Source: Chitinophagaceae bacterium (lineage in GTDB: Bacteria; Bacteroidota; Bacteroidia; Cytophagales; JASGCU01). From it: a DNA stretch of 60,429 nucleotides. Each line of letters begins with the position of its first letter. Position 1 is the first letter of the stretch. Location: NCBI GenBank assembly GCA_030053935.1, contig JASGCU010000006.1, positions 1 through 60,429 of the forward strand, in the 5' to 3' direction. The notes below the pieces were generated by a model, which did no database searches, was not told the DNA's origin, and saw only the letters and a program-made list of their open reading frames with translations. Positions 10,145-20,751 of this stretch are shown here, in pieces. Position numbers and translations under genes: made by a program.

Positions 10145-10179
10145 AGTAATAAAGTGAGTAAAACATGTAATGCGGTATG

Positions 10180-10761
10180 TTATCTAAATTGCTTGGGTTT
10201 CATTTTTTGAGCGGCGAGTTCTGATATTTCTTGTATTCTTTTAGTGCGAGTTTCTTTTGTTTTAGCAAGGACAAGCCATTGGAGTATACTTTTTTTTACT
10301 GATTTGCTTAGTCCTAAAAAATATGCTTCTGCTTCTTTTTCTTTTTTTAGTGCATCTGCTAAATCGGGTGGGATTTTTAATTCTTCTACATCATCTAATA
10401 TGTTCCAAGAGCCATTTTGTTGTGCGATTTCTATACTTTTGTATCCTGCCTGCATCATGAGTCCTTTTTCTATCAGTTGATAGGTTTTTTCTTTATTTAT
10501 TTTTGACCAAACACTGTTTGGTTTTCGTTTTGTAAAAAATTGTATGTATGATTCGTTATCAAAAGATTTCGCTGTGCTATCTATCCATCCAAAACAGAGT
10601 GCTTCATCAACTGCTTCGCTCCAGCTGATAGTAGGGTGAGAGGACTTTTTTTTGTAATACATAATCCAAATAGATTGTTTAGATATATGGTTTTCTTCCA
10701 ACCAAGTTCTCCATTCGGTTTTATTTTTAGGGTAAAAAATTTCTTCTTTTATTTCTTGCAT
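10180..10761 (-). CDS. YdeI/OmpD-associated family protein
   Basis: WRTWLEENH..IWIMYYKK..ISWSEAVDEALCFGWIDS plus a C-terminal basic helical region. 193 aa. Confidence 0.7.
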   Translation of the reverse strand: MQEIKEEIFYPKNKTEWRTWLEENHISKQSIWIMYYKKKSSHPTISWSEAVDEALCFGWIDSTAKSFDNESYIQFFTKRKPNSVWSKINKEKTYQLIEKGLMMQAGYKSIEIAQQNGSWNILDDVEELKIPPDLADALKKEKEAEAYFLGLSKSVKKSILQWLVLAKTKETRTKRIQEISELAAQKMKPKQFR

Positions 10762-10799
10762 GACAATATATTGAGTGAATTTTATTGTTTGGAATATAA

Positions 10800-12971
10800 T
10801 TATAGGTTTTTCAAAATAAATTCTGTCATTTTTGTATAGAGATGGATTTTAGTTTTTCCTCCGCTTATGCCATGATTTTTATCGGGGTAAAAAAAAGATT
10901 CAAATTGTTTTTCATTTTGAATGAGTTTTTCTTGGAGGGTGATGGTGTTTTGAAAATGGACATTATCATCTCCTGTGCCGTGTATGAGTAAGAAGTTTTT
11001 TTTGAGTTTTTCCGTATGGCTTATAGGAGAAAAGTCATCATATCCGCTTGGGTTTTGTTGAGGAGTTTGGAGATATCTTTCGGTATAAATGGTATCATAG
11101 AATCTCCAATTGGTGACAGGTGCTACAGATATTGCTGTTTTAAAATAATCTCCTCCTAAAAAGAGCGTGAGAGCACTCATATACCCCCCATAACTCCATC
11201 CCCAAATACCTATTCTATCGCTATCTACAAAAGAAAGATTTCGTAAGTACTTTGCTGTTTCTATGAGATCTTCGCTTTCTAATTTTCCTAACTGTTTATA
11301 GGTTATATTTTTAAATTCTTGTCCTCTTCCTCCTGTTCCTCTGGTATCAATCACTACTACTATATATCCATTTTGCACTAAATATTGATGCCATAAATAA
11401 CTACTTCCTCCCCATGAATTGGTTACATTTTGTGAACCCGGACCGCTGTATTGAAATATTAAAACAGGATTTTTTTTATTTGGATCTAAGTCTTTGGGTT
11501 TGAGAAAGTAAGCATTGAGGGTTGTTCCATTGGATGTAGTGAAGGTAAAAAACTCTTTTGGAGAAAGATTATATTCATTTTTTTTAGCAACGAGTTCTAC
11601 ATTTTCTTGTAAAACCTTTCTTTTTTTATTGTTTTTCGTTTCAAATAATGTTATCCTTAAAGGTGTTTCTGTATTGGAATAATAATGAAAATAATATTTT
11701 CCATCGTTACTCATAGAAGCATCATTCCAACCGTTTTCGGTGTTTAACTTGGTTTTATTCTTGCCATGTATGTCTATTCTAAAAATATCTCTTTCTTGAG
11801 GAGAATTTTCAGCGGAAGTATAATAGAGGATTGGGACTTTTTGATTTTCATCTATTCGTATTTTCGTTTCGGCATCTCCCTTTGCGGTAGTAATTTGTTG
11901 TAGTAGTGTTCCGTTTATGTGGTACAAATAAAATTGTTTAAATCCACTTTTTTCGGATGAATATATAAATTGTGTTCCATTTTTTAGATAGGTCAAATCA
12001 TCACAAAAAGTAATATCTATGTAAGTATTAGATACTTCTGTGAGTATGAGAGATGTCTTTTTTCCCTGTATATCTGCGTGCAAAATATCTAATTGATTTT
12101 GTAATCGGTTCATTTTTTGGATAGATAATACGTTGGAAGATTGAGTCCATTTCATACGAGGAATGTAAATATCTGTTTCTTTTCCTATATCTACGAGGTA
12201 TTTTTCATTTGTTATTACATCAAAGACTGTAATGCTGACAAGAGAATTTTTAGTTCCTGCTTTTGGGTACTTAAACTTATAATTTTCGGGATATAAGGCA
12301 CCGTTATTCCATTTTTGCATAGTATATTCGGAAACTTCTGTTTCATCAAAGGTATAAAATGCTATTTTCTTGCCATCGGGAGACCATTCAAATGCTTTGG
12401 TGATATAAAATTCTTCTTCGTATACCCAATCAGTACTTCCATTTATAATACTGTTCCATTGTCCGCTAGTAGTAATTGCTGTTTCTTTTTTGGTTATGAG
12501 GTTTACAAAAAAAAGATTATTATTTCTTACAAAAGAAACCATCTCCCCCGATGGAGAAAAAGTGGCATAACTTTGCATTTCAGAAGAAAGAGGATACAAA
12601 AGTTTGTTTTCACGTTCATATATATAGTATTTTCCTTTGAAAGAACGCCTGTATATATTTTCTGTTTGAGTGAGTATTAAGATTTTTTTTTCATTGTCAC
12701 TAAAAATATACTCGTCTATGGTGAGAGAAGGTTCACTTTTAGTACCATCAAAAATAACTTCTAATATCTCACCTGTGGTGGTGTTGTATTTACAAATTTT
12801 ATTTTCTACTACTGCTGTATAAAAATTTCCATCGTTCATCCACTCGACTTGTTCTATGGAGTTCACACGAAATATATTTTTAGTAGTAAAATCTTCTATA
12901 TGGATTTTTTTTTGAGCCATAGCAGGATTTTGGAGGGTACAAATAATAAGGACTATAATATGCTTTTTCAT
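10800..12971 (-). CDS. dipeptidyl-peptidase IV (S9B prolyl oligopeptidase family)
   Basis: Signal peptide, beta-propeller region and a C-terminal alpha/beta-hydrolase domain with catalytic GWSYGGY, GTGDDNVHF and NHGI. Confidence 0.9.
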   Translation of the reverse strand: MKKHIIVLIICTLQNPAMAQKKIHIEDFTTKNIFRVNSIEQVEWMNDGNFYTAVVENKICKYNTTTGEILEVIFDGTKSEPSLTIDEYIFSDNEKKILILTQTENIYRRSFKGKYYIYERENKLLYPLSSEMQSYATFSPSGEMVSFVRNNNLFFVNLITKKETAITTSGQWNSIINGSTDWVYEEEFYITKAFEWSPDGKKIAFYTFDETEVSEYTMQKWNNGALYPENYKFKYPKAGTKNSLVSITVFDVITNEKYLVDIGKETDIYIPRMKWTQSSNVLSIQKMNRLQNQLDILHADIQGKKTSLILTEVSNTYIDITFCDDLTYLKNGTQFIYSSEKSGFKQFYLYHINGTLLQQITTAKGDAETKIRIDENQKVPILYYTSAENSPQERDIFRIDIHGKNKTKLNTENGWNDASMSNDGKYYFHYYSNTETPLRITLFETKNNKKRKVLQENVELVAKKNEYNLSPKEFFTFTTSNGTTLNAYFLKPKDLDPNKKNPVLIFQYSGPGSQNVTNSWGGSSYLWHQYLVQNGYIVVVIDTRGTGGRGQEFKNITYKQLGKLESEDLIETAKYLRNLSFVDSDRIGIWGWSYGGYMSALTLFLGGDYFKTAISVAPVTNWRFYDTIYTERYLQTPQQNPSGYDDFSPISHTEKLKKNFLLIHGTGDDNVHFQNTITLQEKLIQNEKQFESFFYPDKNHGISGGKTKIHLYTKMTEFILKNL

Positions 12972-13105
12972 TTTTTAATAGATTATTAAGAATAATACTT
13001 TTTTTGAAATTAAATTAACGGATGGGTTTTTGAAAAAAAATAGTTTTTGGATATGTTATGAACATTTGTTAAGTTAATCAAAAATACAAATTAAATAATA
13101 AAATT

Positions 13106-13170
13106 GAGTCCGCCACGAAAAGTTTTTGATCATTTAATTGTTTAAAAATAGATATACAATATTTGTAATT
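13106..13170. repeat. partial copy of repeat family 2 (one end only)
   Basis: GAGTCCGCCACGAAAAGTTTTTGATCATTTAATTG matches the GAGTCC..GAAAAG..TTGAT end of the family-2 copy at 26385. Similarity fades after about 35-60 bp. Confidence 0.45.
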
Positions 13171-13565
13171 GTTATTTTTCTATTAACCAAATGAGCATTA
13201 CCTATTAGCAACATTAATATTATATCTCAATCAAATATCCTGCATTATTCAAATATCAAGAACAGATATAGAGGATTAATAAAACAAATGTGCACCAACA
13301 TAAGATGTTTATAGGTAAACTTTGTCCGAATAAGGAAGGAAATTGAAAAATCCTTACGGAATTAACAATTTGTATGAAAAATTACTTTTTATTTCTATTT
13401 TAAATTAATTTTGAAGTAATTTTGGGGACTAAAATAAATATTATAAATAAACTAATCCTTTTATGCTAAAAATATCTTAATTTATAGCGATGTAAAAAGG
13501 TTTTTTCAGAGGGGCATAATTCATAATTAAAAACAATTTATAACGATAACAACATCAAAAATAGT

Positions 13566-15353
13566 ATGAATAACATAAGAAATTTCTGTATTATTGCTCA
13601 CATAGACCATGGAAAAAGTACCCTGGCGGATAGATTATTAGAATTTACCAAAACAGTACAACAAAGAGATATGATGGCACAATTACTAGATAATATGGAT
13701 TTAGAAAGAGAACGAGGTATAACTATTAAAAGCCATGCTATTCAGATGAATTATACTTTTGAGGGAAATACATATATTTTAAACCTTATAGATACTCCTG
13801 GACACGTAGATTTTTCATACGAAGTTTCACGCTCTATTGCAGCATGCGAAGGAGCTTTATTAGTAGTAGATGCATCACAAGGTATTGAAGCACAAACAAT
13901 ATCTAATCTTTATCTCGCTTTAGAGCATGATTTAGAAATTATTCCTATCCTTAATAAAATAGATTTACCCGGCGCAAACCCCGAAGAAGTAAAAGATCAA
14001 ATGGTAGATCTCTTAGGATGCAAAAGAGAAGAAATCATCTCCGCAAGCGGAAAAGAAGGAATAGGTATTCATAATATCCTAGAAGCCATCGTAAAAAAAA
14101 TCTCACCCCCAAAAGGAAACGTGAATGCCCCTCTCCAAGCAATGATATTTGACTCTCAGTATAATTCTTTTCGCGGTGTAGAAGTTATTTTCAGAGTTTT
14201 TAATGGAAGTATAAAAAAAGGAGAACGAGTTAAGTTCATAAACACAGAGAAAGTTTATATAGCAGAAGAAGTAGGAATACTAAAATTAGATAAAGAAGAA
14301 CGACAACAGGTATTTGCAGGAGATGTGGGGTATCTCATATCAGGAATAAAAGTAGCCAGAGAAGTAAAAGTAGGAGATACTATCACCTCAGCTGAAAACC
14401 CCGCACACTCTGCTGTAAGAGGTTTTGAAGATGTAAAACCAATGGTATTTGCAGGCATCTATCCCGTAGATACATCTGAATACGAAGAACTGCGAACAGC
14501 CATGGAAAAATTACAACTCAACGATGCCAGTTTAGTTTGGGAACTAGAAACTTCCGCTGCTTTAGGATTCGGATTCCGATGCGGATTCTTAGGAATGCTC
14601 CATATGGAAATAGTTCAAGAACGCTTAGAACGCGAATTTGATATGACTGTTATCACAACTGTTCCATCTGTTTGCTTCCACTCCATCATGACAAACGGAG
14701 AGGTAAAAAATGTAAATGCTCCATCAGATATGCCAGATCCTACCATGCTATCCGAAATACAAGAACCATTCATAAAAGCACAAATCATAACCAAATCAGA
14801 ATATATAGGAAGCATCATAAAACTATGCATAGACAAACGCGGTATCATAAAAAACCAAATATACCTCACCACCGAAAGAGTAGAATTAACCTTTGACCTA
14901 CCACTATCTGAAATGGTCTTTGACTTCTTTGACAAACTAAAAAGTATCAGCAGGGGGTATGCTTCTTTAGATTACGAACTCAGCGATTACAGAACATCTG
15001 ATATGGTAAAATTAGATATAATGCTCAACGGAGATAAAGTAGACGCTCTATCAGCAATAGTCCATAGAGAAAAAGCATACGAATGGGGAAGAAAACTCTG
15101 TGAAAAACTAAAAGAACTCCTGCCGAGACAAATGTTCGAAATACCAATACAAGCCGCTATAGGAGCAAAAATTATCGCCCGTGAAACCGTCAAAGCAATG
15201 CGAAAAAACGTCCTCGCAAAATGCTACGGAGGCGATATATCCCGAAAAAGAAAACTCTTAGAAAAACAAAAAAAAGGAAAAAAAAGAATGAGGCAAATCG
15301 GAAACGTAGAAATACCACAAGAAGCTTTTATGGCAGTACTAAAACTTGATTAA
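13566..15353 (+). CDS. lepA: elongation factor 4
   Basis: [33 protein letters not shown] and the LepA-specific C-terminal domain ending [11 protein letters not shown]. 595 aa. Confidence 0.96.
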   Translation: MNNIRNFCIIAHIDHGKSTLADRLLEFTKTVQQRDMMAQLLDNMDLERERGITIKSHAIQMNYTFEGNTYILNLIDTPGHVDFSYEVSRSIAACEGALLVVDASQGIEAQTISNLYLALEHDLEIIPILNKIDLPGANPEEVKDQMVDLLGCKREEIISASGKEGIGIHNILEAIVKKISPPKGNVNAPLQAMIFDSQYNSFRGVEVIFRVFNGSIKKGERVKFINTEKVYIAEEVGILKLDKEERQQVFAGDVGYLISGIKVAREVKVGDTITSAENPAHSAVRGFEDVKPMVFAGIYPVDTSEYEELRTAMEKLQLNDASLVWELETSAALGFGFRCGFLGMLHMEIVQERLEREFDMTVITTVPSVCFHSIMTNGEVKNVNAPSDMPDPTMLSEIQEPFIKAQIITKSEYIGSIIKLCIDKRGIIKNQIYLTTERVELTFDLPLSEMVFDFFDKLKSISRGYASLDYELSDYRTSDMVKLDIMLNGDKVDALSAIVHREKAYEWGRKLCEKLKELLPRQMFEIPIQAAIGAKIIARETVKAMRKNVLAKCYGGDISRKRKLLEKQKKGKKRMRQIGNVEIPQEAFMAVLKLD

Positions 15354-15398
15354 TTACTCTCAATAGAATACCTTATTACAGTAAAAAGCAAACAAAAA

Positions 15399-16925
15399 AT
15401 GATATCATATTTCATAAAACAAATACTGCAAAAAAGAATTACCCATATAAACTACTTAACAAAATACCCAAACGAAGTACAACAAAAAATACTCTACAAC
15501 CTCATAAAAAAAGCACAAAAAACAGAATACGGTAAAAAATACGGATTCTCAAGCATACATACATACTCTCAATTCTCTTCTCAAGTTCCAATAGTGGTAT
15601 ACGAAGAACTATTCCCATATATAGAACGCATTATGAAAGGAGAATCAAATGTTCTATGGAATTCAAAAATACAATGGTTCTCAAAATCTTCAGGTACTAC
15701 AAATGCAAAAAGTAAATTTATCCCCGTTTCCTACGAAACCTTATACGAATGCCACTTTAAAGGAGGAAAAGACCTCCTCTCTTTTTACATAAATAATTAC
15801 CCCGATACAAAAGTTTTTACCGGAAAAGGACTTACTATAGGCGGAAGCCAACAAATAAACCCACTGAATACCACATCCAAAACCTACTATGGAGATATAT
15901 CCGCCGTCATTCTAAAAAACCTCCCAATATGGACCAAAATATATACCACACCTACTCTCAAAGTTGCTCTTATGGATAAATGGGAGCATAAAATAGAAAA
16001 AATAGCCCAAGAAACCATATCCCAAAATATTACAAATATATCAGGAGTCCCTACATGGACAGTAATACTCCTCAAAAAAATATTAGAAATAACAAAAAAA
16101 AATAATATTTTAGAAGTATGGAATAATTTAGAACTTTTTGTCCACGGTGCTGTTAATTTTGAACCCTACAAACCCATATTTCAAAAACTGATCCCTACAA
16201 ATAATTTTCACTATTTAGAAACATACAATGCCTCCGAAGGTTTTTTTGCAATACAAGACCTACCAGAATCAAGGGAAATGCTCCTCATGGTAGATTATGG
16301 AATCTTTTACGAGTTTATAGAAACCCAATATAATGAAACCCTCAATCCCAAAATTATCCCATTATCCGAAGTAGAACTCAATACAAACTATTCCATAGTT
16401 ATAACTACCAACTCAGGACTTTGGAGATATAAAATAGGAGATACTATCAGATTTACATCTCTGAACCCCTACAGAATTAAAATCACAGGACGCACAAAAC
16501 ACTACATAAACGCCTTCGGAGAAGAACTTATAATAGAAAACGCAGAAATATCCATAGCAAATGCTTGTGAAAAAACCAACGCAATCTTTTCTAACTTCAC
16601 TGCCGCCCCATTCTACTTTGAAGAAAATAAAAAAGCATACCACGAATGGTTCATAGAATTTGACAAGGAACCCGAAAATATAGAACTTTTTACCGAAACA
16701 TTAGATAATGCATTAAAAAAACTCAACTCCGACTACGAAGCAAAAAGAGAAAAAGACCTTGCCCTCCAAAAACCATATATACACGTCCTCAAAAAAGGAA
16801 CTTTCTACGAATGGATGAAAACAAAACAAAAACTCGGTGGACAAAATAAAATCCCCCGACTCTCTAATGATAGAGAATATGTTACCGACTTATTTCAGTT
16901 TATACAGAAACAAAAAAATATATAA
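15399..16925 (+). CDS. GH3-family (acyl-adenylate forming) protein
   Basis: 508 aa; FSKSSGTTNAKSKFIPVS and an overall pattern typical of the Bacteroidota proteins annotated as GH3 auxin-responsive promoter family. Confidence 0.8.
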   Translation: MISYFIKQILQKRITHINYLTKYPNEVQQKILYNLIKKAQKTEYGKKYGFSSIHTYSQFSSQVPIVVYEELFPYIERIMKGESNVLWNSKIQWFSKSSGTTNAKSKFIPVSYETLYECHFKGGKDLLSFYINNYPDTKVFTGKGLTIGGSQQINPLNTTSKTYYGDISAVILKNLPIWTKIYTTPTLKVALMDKWEHKIEKIAQETISQNITNISGVPTWTVILLKKILEITKKNNILEVWNNLELFVHGAVNFEPYKPIFQKLIPTNNFHYLETYNASEGFFAIQDLPESREMLLMVDYGIFYEFIETQYNETLNPKIIPLSEVELNTNYSIVITTNSGLWRYKIGDTIRFTSLNPYRIKITGRTKHYINAFGEELIIENAEISIANACEKTNAIFSNFTAAPFYFEENKKAYHEWFIEFDKEPENIELFTETLDNALKKLNSDYEAKREKDLALQKPYIHVLKKGTFYEWMKTKQKLGGQNKIPRLSNDREYVTDLFQFIQKQKNI

Positions 16926-16926
16926 A

Positions 16927-17142
16927 ATGATTACTTTCTTATTTTCTATCGCTGTTATTGCTCTCTTTTTTATACTTATGTCCGTAAGAATATTATTCCT
17001 GAAAGATGGTGAATTTAAGGGAACTTGTGCCTCTCAAAATCCATATCTCCAAAAAAACGGAGAAACTACCTGCGGATACTGCGGCAAAACTATCAATACA
17101 GATACCGAATGTAACAAAATTATCCTCAAGAAGAACATCTAA
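16927..17142 (+). CDS. small membrane-anchored Cys-rich protein (71 aa)
   Basis: ATG 16927 lies 1 nt after the GH3 stop. One TM helix (ITFLFSIAVIALFFILMSV), then GTCASQNP...CGYCG...EC. The track ORF 16837 start overlaps GH3 and was trimmed. Confidence 0.55.
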   Translation: MITFLFSIAVIALFFILMSVRILFLKDGEFKGTCASQNPYLQKNGETTCGYCGKTINTDTECNKIILKKNI

Positions 17143-17168
17143 CCACCGAATCGGCTCGCTATAAAAAA

Positions 17169-19721
17169 CTAAAAAGAGTACCCTATTGCAAAATGTAAAA
17201 GAGATATATCTGCTAACTTATATCTATTATAAAACTCAAATATCCATTTTTCAGAAGGAGTTTTGCTCGGGTCATACAGTTTAAAAGCATAATCTAATCT
17301 TATCAAAAGAAAAGAGAGATTAAACCTCAATCCTATTCCCCCGCCAACAGCTATTTCTGTTAAAAACCTATTTACTTTAAAATCTGCATTGTCTCTTTCA
17401 TTATCTTTCTCTGAAAGCCATACATTTCCAAAATCAATAAAAGGAGCCCATTCCAATATATTGATTATCTTTTGCCTCATCTCAATACTTCCTTCCAAAA
17501 GAATATTACCCGGACGTTCCGTTATAGACGTATCTGGATTAGAACCAGGTCCTAATCTGCGTGGATACCATGCGCGTATTCCATTACTTCCTCCTACAAA
17601 AAAATGTTTTGTGTATGGAATATCTACCCCAGTGCTTTTGCCATTATAGTTGAGTATTATCCCCGAATTGAATCTATAAGCAAGGGTAATCCCTTTATGA
17701 AAAATAATACTTTTTTTATAGTCAATACCTAATCTTACATATTGAAATGACTGTTTATCTTCTCCTATTATTTTTTTTATCCCTAAGTAATCTAAACTAT
17801 ATGCTATTTCTAAAAATATATTATAAGAAGTATTGTGAATCCTCCCTTTTATATTTTTACTTTGAACACTCTGCATACTTATACCACTATTCGTTATGAA
17901 AGATGAATTTATAGAATTTTTCAGAACAGGAAAGCTGTCTATATCTTGCTGAAAAGCTTCAGAAACTTGATACCCCAACAAACTTCCTTGTAAAATATTG
18001 ATAGAATATTTTTGTTTTTTATTTGTTAATTCATCATTATTTTCTAATCCATATAAGAAAGAAGCATTCAAAGCATCTGATTTATAGGTCCTCTCTCGGG
18101 TTATGAATCTATCTAAAACACTATATCCTCCCGAAAATTGAGTATGAGTATTTTTATATTGGATATTTTTTGGCACTATTTTTGAAATAAAAAGTATCTC
18201 AGGGAAAGATATGTTTATATTCGCTCCGTATTCAAAATTTCTATATACATTATCTGCATCATATATAACAGGGAATAGCCCATCAAATAAGCCCTGAGCA
18301 GATATTTCCAAAATATCTAATCTTCTTAACAGATTCCTTGCCTTAAAACTTACACTACCAAAAGGTCCTAAGAGACCTTGTATTAAATTTATTCCTCCTT
18401 CTACTTTTGTATTATATTTTTTTAGTTTTTCAGCATAAATGGTGACAGAATTTTTGGAATGGGTAGTATCAAACTTAAAATTTACTGATTTGTAAATATC
18501 AATACGAGAAAAATTTTGTTGAGTAAAAAAATTATTTTGATATCTATACATTTGATGGGGCTTTATAAGTATCTTGGAAATAAGTGTTTTGGTTCTCGTA
18601 TTTGCTTCAAAATAAATACCTTTATAAAAAGAATGTTTGGGATCCCACTGTTTATCATCTGTAAATTCTATAAATGATACCGAATCTATGGTTATTTTTT
18701 TAGAAACAAGAGGCGACTTCTTATTTTTAAGAATTTCTACAATCACAATGATTTTGTTGCTTTTGAGGGTATGGGTATCTATTTTAAAAAGTACAGATTC
18801 TATCGAAAAATAAAAATATCCATTATTTATTAACAGATTAAAAATTCTCCTCCTTTCATTTTCAATACTTTGAGTAGAGTATCTGATATTTTTTTTAAAA
18901 AAGGACTCATTTTTATGAGCATCAATAAGAGAATGTATAGAGGAATCGGATATATTATAGAAAAGAGAATCTATAGTATAATGTTTTTTTTCATCTATCC
19001 TATACGTGACAAAAACTTTATGAGAAACTTCTTTTGTTTCGGGATATACTTTTGCGTTAAAGTAACCCTCGTTGTAAAGGTGCTGCTGAATCCTATCTAC
19101 TGTTATTTTAGTAAAATCAGGTTGGTATATCGCAAGTTCTTCTCCCCACCTCATAAATGTGGTTCCATTTTTTATAACGCTCTGTATGTTCTCTGTCGCT
19201 TCTGTTTGTTTACTATCTATTTTTTTTTTTTTTTCTTCTGTTCGTTCTTTTACTTTTTTTATTTTCCTCCCGTAAAAATGCTCTTTTTTTTTCTTCTCTT
19301 CCTCTCTCTTTTGTGTAGTATTCTTATACCTATTTTCTATCGATGTGAGTGCTTCTGTTTGTTTCATAAGAACCCTTTGTATCTGTCTTTCACCTATTTT
19401 CTCTCTTTCTTGTTTTTTTTGTGCATACATATATTCTGTTTTCTCTATTTTTTTTTTGAGAGAATCTATATTATATCTTTTTTCTCCATACTTATAAAGA
19501 TGTGTATAGAGAGGAAAACCTAAAATTCTTTGATTAGGAACTTGCCTAAAAAATGTTTTTAACTTACTTCTATCTAATTTTGTTCCTCCTTTTATATTTT
19601 GAGAAAATAAAATCTTCTCATCTTTTTTGAGATATATATTCTCAGAACAGGAAGTAAAAAGAAACAGAAGAAAACAAACACAACCGTGAAAAAAAAATCT
19701 TTTATGATAAAAAATAAACAT
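17169..19721 (-). CDS. Omp85 (BamA/TamA) family outer-membrane protein with a K/E-rich insertion
   Basis: 850 aa. Lipoprotein-like N-terminus (LFLFTSC), C-terminal surface-antigen barrel ending in FAIGYSF, divergent from a TrmH-family gene. Residues ~90-190 are lysine/glutamate-rich low complexity. Confidence 0.8.
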   Translation of the reverse strand: MFIFYHKRFFFHGCVCFLLFLFTSCSENIYLKKDEKILFSQNIKGGTKLDRSKLKTFFRQVPNQRILGFPLYTHLYKYGEKRYNIDSLKKKIEKTEYMYAQKKQEREKIGERQIQRVLMKQTEALTSIENRYKNTTQKREEEKKKKEHFYGRKIKKVKERTEEKKKKIDSKQTEATENIQSVIKNGTTFMRWGEELAIYQPDFTKITVDRIQQHLYNEGYFNAKVYPETKEVSHKVFVTYRIDEKKHYTIDSLFYNISDSSIHSLIDAHKNESFFKKNIRYSTQSIENERRRIFNLLINNGYFYFSIESVLFKIDTHTLKSNKIIVIVEILKNKKSPLVSKKITIDSVSFIEFTDDKQWDPKHSFYKGIYFEANTRTKTLISKILIKPHQMYRYQNNFFTQQNFSRIDIYKSVNFKFDTTHSKNSVTIYAEKLKKYNTKVEGGINLIQGLLGPFGSVSFKARNLLRRLDILEISAQGLFDGLFPVIYDADNVYRNFEYGANINISFPEILFISKIVPKNIQYKNTHTQFSGGYSVLDRFITRERTYKSDALNASFLYGLENNDELTNKKQKYSINILQGSLLGYQVSEAFQQDIDSFPVLKNSINSSFITNSGISMQSVQSKNIKGRIHNTSYNIFLEIAYSLDYLGIKKIIGEDKQSFQYVRLGIDYKKSIIFHKGITLAYRFNSGIILNYNGKSTGVDIPYTKHFFVGGSNGIRAWYPRRLGPGSNPDTSITERPGNILLEGSIEMRQKIINILEWAPFIDFGNVWLSEKDNERDNADFKVNRFLTEIAVGGGIGLRFNLSFLLIRLDYAFKLYDPSKTPSEKWIFEFYNRYKLADISLLHFAIGYSF
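19220..19234 (-). repeat. A15 homopolymer inside the Omp85-family coding sequence
   Basis: 15 consecutive T on the + strand, encoding EEKKKKI on the - strand. The reading frame is intact in this sequence. Confidence 0.9.
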
Positions 19722-19728
19722 TTATAAT

Positions 19729-20469
19729 ATGATATCTAAGGTAAAAATAAAACACATTCAATCACTCCAAGAAAAAAAAAAACGATACTCTGAAAAACTT
19801 TTTGTGGTGGAAGGAAAAAAATCTTTATTAGAAATATGGAACTCATCCTTTCAAATAATGGAACTTTATGTGACCAAAGATTTTTTTTATGAAATAGAAC
19901 ATCTACAAACCAACAATATCAAAAATATTTTTATAATATCTCAAAACGAACTCAACTCCATTTCATTTTTAATGAAAAATAATACAGGTATTGCAATAGT
20001 AAAAATGCCTGAATCCCCATTTTCTTTGCCTCATGCTGATGAATGGACTATTTTTTTAGATTCTATAAGCGACCCAGGAAATATTGGAACTATTATTCGC
20101 ATCGCAGATTGGTATAATATACAAAAAATATACGCATCTCCCGATACTACTGACATTTTTTCTCCAAAAGTAGTACAAGCATGTATGGGATCTATCACAA
20201 GAGTCCATTTTTTTTATACTCCATTAATACCCATATTAGGACAAAAACAATGCACTGTCTATGGAGCAACATTAGACGGCGAATCTTTACACAATACAGC
20301 ATTTCAAAAAAAAGGAATACTCCTCGTTGGCAATGAATCCAAAGGCATCAGCCAAGAATGTATCTCTTTTATTGATAAAAAAATCACTATACCGAAGTTT
20401 GGAAATGCAGAATCTCTGAATGTAGCAGTTGCTACGGGAATTATTTGTGACGCTTTTATGAGATCATGA
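19729..20469 (+). CDS. SpoU/TrmH-family RNA 2'-O-methyltransferase
   Basis: GNIGTIIRIA, GNESKGIS and IPKFGNAESLNVAVATGI motifs. 246 aa. Confidence 0.88.
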   Translation: MISKVKIKHIQSLQEKKKRYSEKLFVVEGKKSLLEIWNSSFQIMELYVTKDFFYEIEHLQTNNIKNIFIISQNELNSISFLMKNNTGIAIVKMPESPFSLPHADEWTIFLDSISDPGNIGTIIRIADWYNIQKIYASPDTTDIFSPKVVQACMGSITRVHFFYTPLIPILGQKQCTVYGATLDGESLHNTAFQKKGILLVGNESKGISQECISFIDKKITIPKFGNAESLNVAVATGIICDAFMRS

Positions 20470-20476
20470 GTAAGAT

Positions 20477-20728
20477 CTATTGTTTTTGAGAGCTTGCCCT
20501 TCTTGCCCTTTTATACCAAAGATACATAACTACCCCTATCAATATATAAGGAGTACTCAAAAGATATAAAATCCCCGCATTGAGATTCTCCCCTACCTCT
20601 ACCGTATTATGCTCTGTGATGTGTGTTTCTATATTACTTCTACACATAGAGCATTGTGCATCCGTCTTTTTTACCAAAAAAAACACTAAAAAAATAAAAA
20701 GAAATATCTTTTTTTGAAGTGATAACAT
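20477..20728 (-). CDS. small secreted/membrane protein with CxxC, unknown function
   Basis: 83 aa with a signal peptide ending DAQ, CSMC motif, C-terminal TM helix (GILYLLSTPYILIGVVMYLW) and a basic tail. Confidence 0.55.
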   Translation of the reverse strand: MLSLQKKIFLFIFLVFFLVKKTDAQCSMCRSNIETHITEHNTVEVGENLNAGILYLLSTPYILIGVVMYLWYKRARRASSQKQ

Positions 20729-20751
20729 ACTATTTACTATCGAGATAATGG

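Noticed and set aside
9051-10761. DUF1697-DinB-YdeI trio as a possible stress or defence islet
   Set aside because: These are three small, common Bacteroidota accessory proteins on one strand downstream of DPP-IV. There are no flanking repeats, integrase or compositional shift, and no known functional linkage, so nothing supports a dedicated system.
16837-16926. Upstream 30 codons of track ORF 16837..17142
   Set aside because: These codons overlap the 3' end of the GH3 gene in another frame. The hydrophobic N-terminus expected for this small membrane protein begins at ATG 16927.
18870-19523. 217-aa plus-strand ORF inside the Omp85-family gene, and similar long antisense ORFs at 55966..56820 (acs), 30885..31802 (giant protein), 36422..36922 (ispD fusion), 40900..41349, 43514..43876, 58596..59093, 12315..12680 and 14615..14935
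   Set aside because: All lie entirely within strongly supported genes on the opposite strand. Their translations are compositionally skewed (F/L/C/S-rich) with no recognisable domains, which is typical of shadow frames in AT-rich genomes.
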